A stretch of DNA of 64,000 bases, from positions 124,001 to 188,000 of IMG/VR virus record IMGVR_UViG_3300042308_001511; one strand, given 5' to 3'. How positions within the stretch are numbered: the stretch's first letter is position 1; every line of letters begins with the position of its first letter. The notes under the pieces are model-generated. The model was not told the DNA's origin and did no database searches. It worked only from the letters and a program-made list of their open reading frames with translations. Of the stretch, positions 28,868-39,349 are shown piece by piece. The position numbers and the translations under genes are program-made.

Positions 28868-29287
28868 TCATTTACCGTTCTGTTTTTCGAGTTTTATGAG
28901 GTGTGTTAGTTCCTCTTTTATAATCTCTGGGTATCTCCTACATAAGTAGTTGAGGTCGTGTTCATCAATTTTTAGGTGTTTTCTGAGTGACTTACTTTCT
29001 TTGTCAGTGAGACCTTCTTTTTCCTTTTTAGGTGATTTTGACCAAAAGTTGTCTGGATAAGGTTGTGTTTTCATAAACTGAAACCAAAGTTCCATAGCAG
29101 TAACTTTGTCTATGTTTTTGAGATTCAGTAACTGTGCTTTCTCTGGATAAGTCTTCGAGAAATAACGGTTGAAAATAAAAAAGTTCAATTCCTTAATTTC
29201 ATCAGTTATTTTGTTTCCCTCCCGGTCGTATATCCAATCCTTCTTTATTCTGAACATCGCGTTCGCCACATCCGTTATCTTCGCCAT
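28868..29287 (-). CDS. Possible clamp-loader small subunit (T4 gp62-like)
   Basis: FFIFNRYFS..AQLLN..FW.K pattern and size resemble the gp62 family. Confidence 0.4.
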   Translation of the reverse strand: MAKITDVANAMFRIKKDWIYDREGNKITDEIKELNFFIFNRYFSKTYPEKAQLLNLKNIDKVTAMELWFQFMKTQPYPDNFWSKSPKKEKEGLTDKESKSLRKHLKIDEHDLNYLCRRYPEIIKEELTHLIKLEKQNGK

Positions 29288-29702
29288 CTATCAAATCGTT
29301 TATGAGTTTGTGTCTATTCCATTTCCTGTCAACCATCGACAAGAAGTCTAGTCCGAATATTTCTATCATCTCATCATCGGAAAGTTCATCACTGAAAGTT
29401 GTTCCAATTGGAACTCTCTGACCATCAGACTGCACCAATACGAACTCACCGGTCTTATTACAATATTCGTGACCGACTAATCCGTACCTGGTGGGGTCTT
29501 GTATCCTAAGTTTGATGTCTGATATCCTCTTTGGTAGATATTCTTGTTCATCATTACAGACACACCATTGACAATAGTAACAGAGTATCCTGAGAAGTGT
29601 ACTATCCCGCTGGTGCCATCCGAATACCGGTGCCACTACACTTATCCATTGAACGTAGTAGTGGTCAAGCCGGCTATTATCGAAAATTTCGGTAGATGAC
29701 AT
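29202..29702 (-). CDS. Hypothetical protein with near-C-terminal tag
   Basis: RHKLINDLI followed by a tail overlapping the next gene. Confidence 0.55.
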   Translation of the reverse strand: MSSTEIFDNSRLDHYYVQWISVVAPVFGWHQRDSTLLRILCYYCQWCVCNDEQEYLPKRISDIKLRIQDPTRYGLVGHEYCNKTGEFVLVQSDGQRVPIGTTFSDELSDDEMIEIFGLDFLSMVDRKWNRHKLINDLIDGEDNGCGERDVQNKEGLDIRPGGKQNN

Positions 29703-31309
29703 TAGAGTATCTCTCTTTCGTAAATAGTATCAGTTTTAGGTGCAGCAGAAAGTATATCTTCTGAAGTTCCGTCCTGGAATTGTCTGAAGTTCTCTACAAA
29801 TTCATTCGCCAATGATGTACAAGCACGATCATATTCACTCACATCTGACCATGTATTTCTAGGATTTAGTATTTCTGAAGGAACACCCTCACAATTAGTA
29901 GGAATACTAAGATTGAATACTGGAAGTTTATCAAAAACAACATTATCCAATTTACCCTCAATCGCGGCAGTTATCATTGCTCTTGTATAAGAAAGTTTCA
30001 TCCTGTTACCGATACCATAAGGTCCACCAGTCCATCCAGTGTTTACTAACCAAACTTTTATATCAGATCCATTCAACTTTTCACCTAACATCTCAGCATA
30101 TTTAGCTGGATGTAGTGGAAGGAATGCCTTACCAAAACAAGCCGAGAATGTTGTTGTTGGTTCTGTTACACCCATCTCAGTACCTGCAACCTTTGCAGTG
30201 TATCCTGACATAAAGTGGTACATAGCTTGTTCTTTTGTCAATCTGGAAATTGGAGGAAGTACACCAAATGCATCAGCAGTAAGAAAGAAAACATTTTTAG
30301 GTGAAACACCGGTAGATGGTACTACAATGTTATCGATGTGATGTATCGGATAAGATACACGTGTGTTCTCAGTTATACCTCTTCCAGAATAATCTGGTTG
30401 ATTAGAACCATTATGGAACTCTACATTTTCAAGTAATGCACCTGGTCTTATAGCGTCATATATCTGTTGTTCTTTCTCTCTGGAGATGTCAATAACTTTG
30501 GCGTAACATCCACCCTCGAAATTGAATATACCATCGTTAGACCAGCCGTGTTCATCATCACCAATCAACCTTCTTTTTGGGTCCGATGAAAGTGTTGTCT
30601 TTCCGGTTCCTGAAAGTCCGAAGAAAATAGCAGTATCGCCTTCGTCACCTACATTAGCTGAACAGTGCATAGAAAGAACGTTTTTCTCGTGTGGTAGTAT
30701 ATAATTTAGTACAGAGAATATTCCTTTTTTAATCTCACCGGTATATCCTGTTCCACCGATAAGTATTCTTTTATGTGTGAAACTAATTGCTGCGAAGTTC
30801 TTTTGTCTGGTTCCATCGGTTGTAGGATCCGATTCGAAACCTGGTAAACAAAGTATATTCCATTCTGGTGAGAAACTACTAAGTTGTTCGGTCGTTGGTC
30901 TGATAAACATATTATGACTGAATATGTCTGACCACGGAAGTTCACATATTGTTCTTAGTGACATTCTATTGTTCTCATCTGCACAAGCAAATGCGTCTCT
31001 TACCCAAAGTTCTCTTTCGTTTGCATATGTCGTAGCTTTACTCCATAAACCTTCGAAATTTTCGGTAGTCATAGGTATGTTTATATCACCCCACCAAACG
31101 GTTGTATCGGTGTTCTGATCTTTTACTATGAATCTATCCTTCGGTGATCTTCCTGTAAAAGCACCGGTATTGATAGCGAGTGTACCATTTTCAGCGAGTG
31201 TACCCATCGATGCCTCTATGGTATGTTTGACAGAATCTGACGGGTTGGTGTTCCAGTTTGTTTTATCGGAATTTATTCCGATTGATTGTAGTTGATTTCT
31301 TTGGATCAT
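29702..31309 (-). CDS. pckA: Phosphoenolpyruvate carboxykinase (ATP)
   Basis: TGRSPKDR, YTGEIKK, MHCSAN, GLSGTGKTT, IGDDEHGW, NFEGGCYAK, ENTR. Confidence 0.97.
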   Translation of the reverse strand: MIQRNQLQSIGINSDKTNWNTNPSDSVKHTIEASMGTLAENGTLAINTGAFTGRSPKDRFIVKDQNTDTTVWWGDINIPMTTENFEGLWSKATTYANERELWVRDAFACADENNRMSLRTICELPWSDIFSHNMFIRPTTEQLSSFSPEWNILCLPGFESDPTTDGTRQKNFAAISFTHKRILIGGTGYTGEIKKGIFSVLNYILPHEKNVLSMHCSANVGDEGDTAIFFGLSGTGKTTLSSDPKRRLIGDDEHGWSNDGIFNFEGGCYAKVIDISREKEQQIYDAIRPGALLENVEFHNGSNQPDYSGRGITENTRVSYPIHHIDNIVVPSTGVSPKNVFFLTADAFGVLPPISRLTKEQAMYHFMSGYTAKVAGTEMGVTEPTTTFSACFGKAFLPLHPAKYAEMLGEKLNGSDIKVWLVNTGWTGGPYGIGNRMKLSYTRAMITAAIEGKLDNVVFDKLPVFNLSIPTNCEGVPSEILNPRNTWSDVSEYDRACTSLANEFVENFRQFQDGTSEDILSAAPKTDTIYEREIL

Positions 31310-31331
31310 TTTGGTTGTTTTTGGTTTTTGG

Positions 31332-32300
31332 TTATGCTCTTTCGAATGTCTTTTCCATTTTTTCTACAATTTCAGGTGGTAGATTTTCTACCCTGAGGTC
31401 TATTAGTTTTAGGTTGTGTTCAATTCTGTCTACAATGTCTACAATTTTACCTTTACTAAGTTTCTTCTTTTCACAGATTAGATCTGCGATGTTTTCATTA
31501 AGGTCTGGGTCTTTGAGATTGATTTCACCGAATTCTGATACGTAACTATCGTATATACCCTTTGCACCCTTTGCACCTATACCTCTAGTCCTTCCGTTTT
31601 TGGTTTGTTGCCAAACTGATGCTATATTGTCACTCTGATCACCTGATATAATTTTTATCATAAGTGATTCTATTCGGTCAATCTCATTAACTTCATATTT
31701 GTTTAAGAATCTATTCATCATCATTATGAATTCTGAATTGTCGTTCAAATTGAATATGTCATCTGATGGTAGTCTATTTACAGAGTTAATAAAAATCATA
31801 TAATTTTTCGGCATAAACAATTTCTCTTTATTGTGCATCTCATTCGTCATAATGTTGATGAACAATGGTTCCAGTGAGAAGTTAAGCATTTGTTTAATAT
31901 CGTAATCATTAGATACTACAATTGTGGATCTACCGTATTGATTCGCTCTTTCCACTAAGAAAGAAATCCAATCATCTCCTTCTACATGTGGTGCTTCTAA
32001 GGTCCTACATCCAGGAATTGATTGTTTGAATAGTGCATAAGTTTCATAAACAAAGTTCCAGTCTATGTCTGTGTCCTTCTTTCTATTGGCCTTGTATCCT
32101 GTGGTATATTGTTTTCTCCAGGACTTTTCTTTTGAATCGGAAACCAAATATATGTTGGTGAAAGGGAACCACTTCCTGTAGTTCGCAACAGTGTTTTCTA
32201 ATGCTCTTATGAGGCCGCCATAGAGCAAATTATTCTTGTGAAGTGTGAACACCAACTTAGATAGTATGTAGTTTCCGTCTATTATAAGATCAACTAACAT
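31332..32300 (-). CDS. T4 RNase H-like 5'-3' exonuclease
   Basis: IIDGN, SWRK..YKANR, EGDD, SNDYD, GDQSDNI. Confidence 0.85.
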   Translation of the reverse strand: MLVDLIIDGNYILSKLVFTLHKNNLLYGGLIRALENTVANYRKWFPFTNIYLVSDSKEKSWRKQYTTGYKANRKKDTDIDWNFVYETYALFKQSIPGCRTLEAPHVEGDDWISFLVERANQYGRSTIVVSNDYDIKQMLNFSLEPLFINIMTNEMHNKEKLFMPKNYMIFINSVNRLPSDDIFNLNDNSEFIMMMNRFLNKYEVNEIDRIESLMIKIISGDQSDNIASVWQQTKNGRTRGIGAKGAKGIYDSYVSEFGEINLKDPDLNENIADLICEKKKLSKGKIVDIVDRIEHNLKLIDLRVENLPPEIVEKMEKTFERA

Positions 32301-32402
32301 TTATATTGTATGTTTTTCACTTATATAGAAAAAAAAGTATAGCTTGTTTCAATACTGGTCTTATGTTGTGTCGTGTAGTACTTAAAAATTTATATATAGT
32401 GT

Positions 32403-33683
32403 ATGAAATATTTGAAGAGATTTTTAGAAACATCTAATAAAGAGTATTCTGTTTTTGATACTGAAGGTTGGAAGAAACTTCTTCCAAAAAAATTAGTAGT
32501 TGTTACACAAAATGGTAGTTGGGAATTAGAGAGACCGGATGGTGATTATGGTATGAATCATGCCACAAATATATCGGGTTTGATGAATGGTCTTCAGATA
32601 GACTATACACAAAATACACCTTCTAAAGAAGGTGGTGATGTTAATAGAGATGGTGAACCTGATCATTTAGTCTTTGATATAAACATCGTTAAGAACAATG
32701 ATGGTACACATGCCAATCCTGACACACTAAAGTTAGATGTTGATATAACATACGGGGATAGTATGATGGTAGAGTTTACAATAGAAAAACCTAATCGTGT
32801 TGAGGTAATACACTACACTGGAATTGGTTCTTTACAAGATTCTGATACTTATTTCGGATTTGAAGACGAATCATTGAAAGAATTAGTACAGTTTTTTAAT
32901 TCTTGGGGTTATAATCTATCTACAAAAGACTTAACATTCATCGATAAATATCCTGATTCTTATATACCAAAGAAAACTAATGAGACAATTGAGTTGAACC
33001 CATCGGGTGATAGGTTCGCATTAATTGTTAACAATTCAATACCGCAAGAAAACAGATTTTTAGAAAATGTCATTAAGTATCTTGATTTCAGAGGTATAAA
33101 ATGGAAAATTGCATCTACTCCAGAAGAAATTAGTAAATGTGTTGAAGATTTTGACTTATTATTTGTAATATCTACTGGTTCTGAGAGGAGTATTTCTAAA
33201 GGAGAAATTACGGGTAATGCAAAAGTTTTGGAAAGTCTCGATATACCAGTTCTTGCCATAGGTTATGGTATGCTTGAAATTGCTAATAGAAATGGTGTGG
33301 ATGTCTATACTACAGAATCTTTGATTCATGGATCGTATGTATTAGAAGAATATGAGACACATAATATTTTCGCAGGTATTGATATGGAAACGGCTAAATT
33401 TTCTTTCTCTTTTTGTGAATTTTTAAAAGAATGTCCTATCGGTTTTAGTGTTGTTGCAAAAAAAGGTGGAATTCCTGTGGCGTTTGCTGATGATGATAAG
33501 AGAATATATGGAGTTTTATTTCATCCAGAAGACATAGATTATACCTATAAGATGATTGATAATTTTGTGGAATTATGTGGTGATTCTGTGGGTAGTGATG
33601 TAGAACAATTGAAAGATAGAATGAAAATAAAAGGTGTGATTGAGAGTTATTCTGAATTTAATAGAAAAAAATATATATACTAA
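32403..33683 (+). CDS. N-tagged protein with a degenerate class I glutamine amidotransferase domain
   Basis: Starts MKYLKRFLE; PVLAIGYGM (Gly at the nucleophile-Cys position) and YGVLFHPE. Confidence 0.6.
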   Translation: MKYLKRFLETSNKEYSVFDTEGWKKLLPKKLVVVTQNGSWELERPDGDYGMNHATNISGLMNGLQIDYTQNTPSKEGGDVNRDGEPDHLVFDINIVKNNDGTHANPDTLKLDVDITYGDSMMVEFTIEKPNRVEVIHYTGIGSLQDSDTYFGFEDESLKELVQFFNSWGYNLSTKDLTFIDKYPDSYIPKKTNETIELNPSGDRFALIVNNSIPQENRFLENVIKYLDFRGIKWKIASTPEEISKCVEDFDLLFVISTGSERSISKGEITGNAKVLESLDIPVLAIGYGMLEIANRNGVDVYTTESLIHGSYVLEEYETHNIFAGIDMETAKFSFSFCEFLKECPIGFSVVAKKGGIPVAFADDDKRIYGVLFHPEDIDYTYKMIDNFVELCGDSVGSDVEQLKDRMKIKGVIESYSEFNRKKYIY

Positions 33684-33698
33684 TAAAAAAAGAACGAT

Positions 33699-34433
33699 AT
33701 GAGATACTTAAAGCACTTCGAAAGACTGAATTATAGCTCCTACAGTAACGTGGCCAGGGAGCTAAGGAGACAATCGCCCAAAGAGAACAAGGAGAGGGCA
33801 GACGACCTTCTCGACCACGCGGAACGTATGGAGCTAAACAAGGTTAGGCAAGAGCTCTCAGGAGTTATTTCGCCAATATGGATAAGGATAACTGATACGG
33901 AAGGAAACGGTAATTCAGGCTCCAAAAAAAGTGGAGTCGGCCGGTTCTACGCTGTGCCATATCCGGAGTACGAACTATTCTGGGAAAACATCGAGGACGG
34001 TAGTGTCACTGAAATACCCTTCAATTTGGTCATAACACCTGTTGACGAGGAAGCCGAGAAAGTCTGCAGGGAAGTTATGCCAGAGGGACCGGATCTTTCC
34101 TTGTCAGGCATAGCTGCGATGTGGCTTACGATTGAGCTAAAGCTCGAGCCTGGCACATACGAGTTGGGCAGGATGAAGCTGGTCAATATGGACCCGTACG
34201 TCTACGGAAGATGTGAATTAGGTTCGGAGCCGAAGCTAAGAAGACCAGCCTACGGCACTGTCATGAACACACTACAAAAGATGTTCACGGACAAGTCCGG
34301 CGAGTTCTACCAGGAGTTCGAGGAAAGGGTAATCGCGGGAATGGGACTATCATCTGGTCACGGCCTATCTATGAATAAAATCGCGAAACACCTTAAATCC
34401 CTCAGTGTGAACAAAGGATTTATGGCAGACTAA
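33699..34433 (+). CDS. N-tagged hypothetical protein (family with 58176 and 59508)
   Basis: MRYLKHFERL..Y..A..L..RA..L; C-terminal GLSSGHGL resembles GLSSDYGL of 59508. Confidence 0.65.
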   Translation: MRYLKHFERLNYSSYSNVARELRRQSPKENKERADDLLDHAERMELNKVRQELSGVISPIWIRITDTEGNGNSGSKKSGVGRFYAVPYPEYELFWENIEDGSVTEIPFNLVITPVDEEAEKVCREVMPEGPDLSLSGIAAMWLTIELKLEPGTYELGRMKLVNMDPYVYGRCELGSEPKLRRPAYGTVMNTLQKMFTDKSGEFYQEFEERVIAGMGLSSGHGLSMNKIAKHLKSLSVNKGFMAD

Positions 34434-34434
34434 T

Positions 34435-35025
34435 ATGAGATACATTAAACTATACGAAGAGTTCAAACACGACGAGATTTATGACGTGATGATGTCTATA
34501 TGTGATACGATTCCCTTTAAAGAATCAACACAATACCCTTCCACCGAGATGGTTAGGGTCTATGAGACTGATTTACCTGTACATTTCGATCCTAAGCAAT
34601 ATGAGGAATACCTTGATGGGTGTACCATCACATCGTATGCATTGACAACGGAAGAATATAACATAGTCTTCATAAAGGGTGATTTGAAAGAGGCCGCACT
34701 TTCCTGGTTGAACGAAGTATACGGGAAACTAATACCAGTAGTCCGTCCTGATGGTGGCGTTTGGGATCATGAAAAAATATGTTATATTGATGGTGATAGA
34801 AGACCATTATTTATGTTAGTTCAACAAAAAGTATGGATCGAAGAAGATAGAATTTGGCGATTCCTTAGCATGCACTTTGGTATAAAATATAAGGAAATGC
34901 AGGATCTTGTGAGAATTTGGTTATCACAGACTTATAAGTTGAGTGGATACACACCTGTACGTACGAGTTTAGATGGATCTATTGGCGTTTTGGAATTATT
35001 TAACCCTAACACAGACACTAACTAA
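34435..35025 (+). CDS. N-tagged hypothetical protein, paralogue of 42882..43424
   Basis: MRYIKLYEEF.HDEIYDVMMSICDT nearly identical in both. Confidence 0.7.
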   Translation: MRYIKLYEEFKHDEIYDVMMSICDTIPFKESTQYPSTEMVRVYETDLPVHFDPKQYEEYLDGCTITSYALTTEEYNIVFIKGDLKEAALSWLNEVYGKLIPVVRPDGGVWDHEKICYIDGDRRPLFMLVQQKVWIEEDRIWRFLSMHFGIKYKEMQDLVRIWLSQTYKLSGYTPVRTSLDGSIGVLELFNPNTDTN

Positions 35026-35656
35026 AAGCCATAACCTTAGTCATAAACTCGAACAGGTCGTTTGTGTGCTTCCTAACCGCGTCCTGATGATTACGCAGTC
35101 CGTAGTTGTTCTCAACGAATCTCATCTTCCAATCAATCACCTCCATATAGTCCGATACCTTTATCCCGTCGAAGTCGTGTGAGTAGTTGTGGTTGTCAGT
35201 TCCTATTATATCGAACCACGTATGGAAGTAGTCAAACTTCTTGTGTCCGTAAGAGTCATAGCCACCATAGTGACCAGTGTGAAAATCAACCGTGCACACT
35301 GTGTTCTCAACAGTTACCTTATTGAAGTCGTTCATACCACAAAACTTCATAAAGTTATCACGTGTCAACAACCAGTCCTGATCCGCACCAGCCCTGTCGA
35401 AAACAGGCTTTCCGTTCAAAGTGTACAGAGACAACGCACTGGAACCCGTCAGTATTCCGTCCAGGCTGTTAATCTGAAACAAGAACTTCTTTTTGTTTCT
35501 TTTGAAGATAGAGGTCTTCATGAACCTCCTCTTCCTGTCAACGAGTGTAGGTAATATCTCAGGTCCGTCACCGAGTGCCTGAGTGCACTTGAAGTCACGT
35601 AGCCACGACTTCACTTCCAAAGCCTTAGGATCCGTTAGATTATTGTTTAGTGTCAT
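35018..35656 (-). CDS. Possible Pol-beta-superfamily nucleotidyltransferase
   Basis: ILTGSSAL followed by DQD (hG[GS]..DxD pattern). Confidence 0.4.
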   Translation of the reverse strand: MTLNNNLTDPKALEVKSWLRDFKCTQALGDGPEILPTLVDRKRRFMKTSIFKRNKKKFLFQINSLDGILTGSSALSLYTLNGKPVFDRAGADQDWLLTRDNFMKFCGMNDFNKVTVENTVCTVDFHTGHYGGYDSYGHKKFDYFHTWFDIIGTDNHNYSHDFDGIKVSDYMEVIDWKMRFVENNYGLRNHQDAVRKHTNDLFEFMTKVMAFS

Positions 35657-36189
35657 AGTATCGAGTTTATCTGTATCTCACGCCATAATGTCGACCACTC
35701 GGCTCTCACATCTTCTGGGTATGTCCAGACTTCGTTACCACCATTGTAGTAGTCTGTGTAGTAGTAGAAGACCGATTTAGTCATACCGTCGTAAACCTCC
35801 TTAGCGATTTCCATACACTCGTTCTCCGAAATCCATTCACACAAATTCTTTATTAGGTCGAAATCAACCTTCGTTGATACTTTACGCCAATTTGCGTTTA
35901 TATAAGTCCTAAGGTAGTGTCTGATTGTTCTTTCTTTCCAACTGCTCACTCCGGATGGGTCAGCATCGTCAGGATAAGCCATAAAGAATTTGACGTCCTT
36001 TTTCTGTGCCTCTTTTATGACTTTCAATACCTGTCTCGTTATTTTCAGGTCTAAGAATATGTAGGCTTGGTCGTCGAGGTTGAAATAAGCCACAGGTAAC
36101 CATATGCCATTATACCGGTAGTAAAGCATTCCATTGCTTCTAACCTCATAATCGGCACCGTTGCCAGGTATCAAATCATCAATCTTCAT
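35653..36189 (-). CDS. Hypothetical protein with C-terminal tag
   Basis: Ends REIQINSIL. Confidence 0.65.
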   Translation of the reverse strand: MKIDDLIPGNGADYEVRSNGMLYYRYNGIWLPVAYFNLDDQAYIFLDLKITRQVLKVIKEAQKKDVKFFMAYPDDADPSGVSSWKERTIRHYLRTYINANWRKVSTKVDFDLIKNLCEWISENECMEIAKEVYDGMTKSVFYYYTDYYNGGNEVWTYPEDVRAEWSTLWREIQINSIL

Positions 36190-36496
36190 AGTATTCCTTC
36201 ATTATATAACGGAATTCTCTTTTGTCGGCAATTCTGGACTTTCCGACGGTCATCCACTCGTGCCAATCCGAACCGCGGTTTGGAGAGTATCTCTTTCTCT
36301 GACTACGCCAGGGAGAACCCTGTGACATTACTCTTTGTGTCAACTTCGTACCGAACCAGTCTAACCAATTAGGATTTTGTATATCAACTTCGTTTGCATC
36401 TCTGAATCGATAAACACGGAAACGCCTAGCAAAGAAGCGAAGCCTCTTCCGCATAATCTTTTCTTCGATATGTCGTCGCCAGGCAATACCCCTCAT
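36179..36496 (-). CDS. Basic hypothetical protein
   Basis: Start MRGIAW just after the TATATTTG element at 36502-36509. Confidence 0.55.
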   Translation of the reverse strand: MRGIAWRRHIEEKIMRKRLRFFARRFRVYRFRDANEVDIQNPNWLDWFGTKLTQRVMSQGSPWRSQRKRYSPNRGSDWHEWMTVGKSRIADKREFRYIMKEYYED

Positions 36497-36526
36497 AAAG
36501 GCAAATATAAGGAAAATATATAACCT

Positions 36527-36778
36527 ATGGATGAGAATACAAAAGAAAAGTTGATAGAACTCGGTTTCACATACAACAAATCCGAAGAACATTGTATGAT
36601 GAAACATGGAAAGGGTAGATTGATTGTTTGGAAGAACTTGTCTACACCAGGATACTGTCTCGCTTATGATGATAAGAAAGGAATGTCAATACTAATGAGA
36701 ACAAACATAGATATTATATGTGAGGAAATTAGGTCTCTAATAAGAGATGCACGCATCGATGAAGTACTGGGAAATTAA
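36527..36778 (+). CDS. Small hypothetical protein with C-terminal tag
   Basis: Ends RDARIDEVLGN. Confidence 0.6.
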   Translation: MDENTKEKLIELGFTYNKSEEHCMMKHGKGRLIVWKNLSTPGYCLAYDDKKGMSILMRTNIDIICEEIRSLIRDARIDEVLGN

Positions 36779-36808
36779 ACCAAAGAATAAAATCTGCATA
36801 TATACACA

Positions 36809-38662
36809 TTGAGTATGAAAAAGATAGAAGAAAAATACAAAAAACTCGATGACATTGATCACGTACTAGCCAGACCGGGCATGTACGTCGGTTCCATAAA
36901 GCCACACACCGCTAACAAATGGATACTCGACGAGAGTAAGATGACTCAGAAAGAACTCACATATAACCCTGGGTTTCTTAAAATATTTGACGAGATTGTC
37001 ACCAATTCAGTCGATGAAAGTAAACGTGAAGGTACAAGACTAAACACTATAAAGGTCTCTGTCAATAAAGAAACAGGTGAGGTATCCGTTTGGGATAACG
37101 GTGGAATACCTGTTGTGATGCACCAAGAGCATAAAGAATGGATCCCGGAAATGATATTCTCAAATTTGAAGGCAGGTTCCAACTTCGATGATACCGAGGC
37201 CAGGTCGTGGGCAGGGACTAACGGTGTGGGTTCAAGTTTGACCAATATTTATTCTAATAAGTTTGAAATCTCAACTTGTGATGGTAAGAATCATTTTTTA
37301 CAGATATTCACCAACAATATGCGTGAGAGAACTGAACCAGTTATAAAGAAGTCAAAACAGAATCACACTAAGATAACTTTTCAAACTGACTTCAACAGGT
37401 TCGGACTTTCTGGTATTGATGATGATCATATGTTGATGTTAGAGAAAAGAGTTTATGACTTAGCAGCATGTAATACTAACGTAAGAATATTCTTCAACGA
37501 CACACTCATAAACTTTAAAACATTCGAAGATTATGTGAAACTTTATACCGATGAATACTTCTATGAAACCAAAAAAGATGCTACCTGGTCATTGGCTGTG
37601 GCACCATCGGATAATGGTTTCCAGCAAATAAGTTTCGTGAATTCAACTGAGACTTATGATGGCGGTACACACATCGACTACATACTCAACCAGATAATAT
37701 CACAGATGCGTGAGTTCTTTCTCAAAAAACATAAAGTAGATATCAAACCTAATGAGTTGAAGGGACATATGACAATTTTTCTTAACTCTACGGTAATAAA
37801 CCCATCATTCTCATCACAGACAAAAGAGAAGTTGATTACAGAATCGAAAGAATTTGGAACAACCTATGAAGTAGATAAGAAGACTATACAAGCTATACTC
37901 AAATCTGAAATAGTGAATTCTATTCTCGATTGGATCCAACAGAAGAAGAGTGCCGAGGATAGTAAACTACAAAGAGAACTAAACAAAAAACTTAGTAAAC
38001 TTAAAGTCGATAAGTTGATTGATGCAAAAGGTAAAGACAGATGGAAGTGTTCATTGGGATTATTCGAAGGTGACTCTGCAAGTTCAGCATACCGGAAATA
38101 TAGAACACCAGAATTGATGGGTGCGTTTGCACTCAGAGGTAAGTTTATAAATGTTTCGGAACTAACCAACCAAAAATTGGTACAGAACAACGAGGCAGTG
38201 AATCTTATGGCGGCGATTGGACTTAAGTTGGGACAACCGATTGATTTGAAAACGTTGAGATATGGAAAGATACTCATTTACACTGATGCGGATGTCGATG
38301 GTAACTCTATCTCCGGTCTTTTGATAAACTTTTTTCACAAGTATTGGCCGGATATGTTTGATCGTAGAATGATATACAAAGTTGAAACTCCAATTGTTGC
38401 GGTGACACCTAAAACGAAGGGAGATAAGAAGAAACTGTTCTATACACAGACCGAGTATAACGAGTGGGAGAAAACTGCGAATATGAAGAATTGGGAGATT
38501 GCATACAAAAAAGGTCTTGGTGCACTTGTGGATGATGAGTATAGGGACATTATAACCAATCCACGTCTGACACTTATTACACGTGACGAAGCATCATCTA
38601 AATCGCTTACGAATTGGTTCGGAAAAAGTCCAGAGGCGAGAAAAGAGGAACTACTTAAATAG
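36809..38662 (+). CDS. DNA topoisomerase II large subunit (ATPase + TOPRIM; T4 gp39+gp60-like)
   Basis: HVLARPGMYVGS, EIVTNSVDE, GTNGVG, EGDSA, ALRGK, TDADVDG, YKKGLG. Confidence 0.95.
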   Translation: MSMKKIEEKYKKLDDIDHVLARPGMYVGSIKPHTANKWILDESKMTQKELTYNPGFLKIFDEIVTNSVDESKREGTRLNTIKVSVNKETGEVSVWDNGGIPVVMHQEHKEWIPEMIFSNLKAGSNFDDTEARSWAGTNGVGSSLTNIYSNKFEISTCDGKNHFLQIFTNNMRERTEPVIKKSKQNHTKITFQTDFNRFGLSGIDDDHMLMLEKRVYDLAACNTNVRIFFNDTLINFKTFEDYVKLYTDEYFYETKKDATWSLAVAPSDNGFQQISFVNSTETYDGGTHIDYILNQIISQMREFFLKKHKVDIKPNELKGHMTIFLNSTVINPSFSSQTKEKLITESKEFGTTYEVDKKTIQAILKSEIVNSILDWIQQKKSAEDSKLQRELNKKLSKLKVDKLIDAKGKDRWKCSLGLFEGDSASSAYRKYRTPELMGAFALRGKFINVSELTNQKLVQNNEAVNLMAAIGLKLGQPIDLKTLRYGKILIYTDADVDGNSISGLLINFFHKYWPDMFDRRMIYKVETPIVAVTPKTKGDKKKLFYTQTEYNEWEKTANMKNWEIAYKKGLGALVDDEYRDIITNPRLTLITRDEASSKSLTNWFGKSPEARKEELLK

Positions 38663-38713
38663 AATTTAATTCTTACTAAATATAACAACAAATATGAGAA
38701 GTAAATCTTTTCA

Positions 38714-39133
38714 TTAATTTCTAATTAGTATTTGCCGACAGATTTCGTACTCCTCTTTTGTAAAACCTAACCAACTACGACATTTGACTACATTATCCAG
38801 ACCAACGGATTCAATATCTCTTGTGTTATCGTCTATTATTATGTAATTGTCACACGGGTTCTCTCTAAGATACTCTTGTATTTCTAAACCTCTGCCGTCA
38901 TTCAATACTGGTGTTACACCATGTATCTCGGTGGTTATACCATGATATTCGAATATTCTTTGTATTTCTTTCTGAGAGTGTTTGACTCTCCATGTAGAAG
39001 TTATTATTGGTTTTAGATTGAATTCCTGACAAAGGTTATCATACAATTCACATGATAACGAGTTCCAGTCATTTCTGGTCACCGTATTTAGGACACCATC
39101 GATGTCAGTGAATATGTATATAGTTTTGTTCAT
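38714..39133 (-). CDS. HAD phosphatase of the RNA-repair ('Swiss army knife') type
   Basis: FTDIDGVLN, ITSTWR, RGLEIQEYL, YIIIDD, GFT. Confidence 0.8.
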   Translation of the reverse strand: MNKTIYIFTDIDGVLNTVTRNDWNSLSCELYDNLCQEFNLKPIITSTWRVKHSQKEIQRIFEYHGITTEIHGVTPVLNDGRGLEIQEYLRENPCDNYIIIDDNTRDIESVGLDNVVKCRSWLGFTKEEYEICRQILIRN

Positions 39134-39184
39134 TTGAACAAAGATATGAAAAAATTTACTTTGTTCCTATTCTTGGATCTACAT

Positions 39185-39298
39185 CGAACCAATTAGTTAA
39201 TGATGTGGATGATGAGTATAGGGACATTATAACCAATCCACGTCTGACACTTATAACTAGAGATGATGTAGCATCCACATCATTAACTAATTGGTTCG
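39185..39298. repeat. Perfect 27-bp inverted repeat (39185-39211 and 39272-39298)
   Basis: cgaaccaattagttaatgatgtggatg is the reverse complement of catccacatcattaactaattggttcg. Confidence 0.9.
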
Positions 39299-39339
39299 GT
39301 AAAAGTCCAGAGGCGAGAAAAGAGGAACTGCTTAAGTAA
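39204..39339 (+). pseudogene. Diverged duplicate of the last 44 residues plus stop of the topoisomerase large subunit
   Basis: Aligns without gaps to 38527..38662; first 51 nt identical; only 4 amino-acid differences. Confidence 0.9.
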
Positions 39340-39349
39340 ATTTAAGTAT

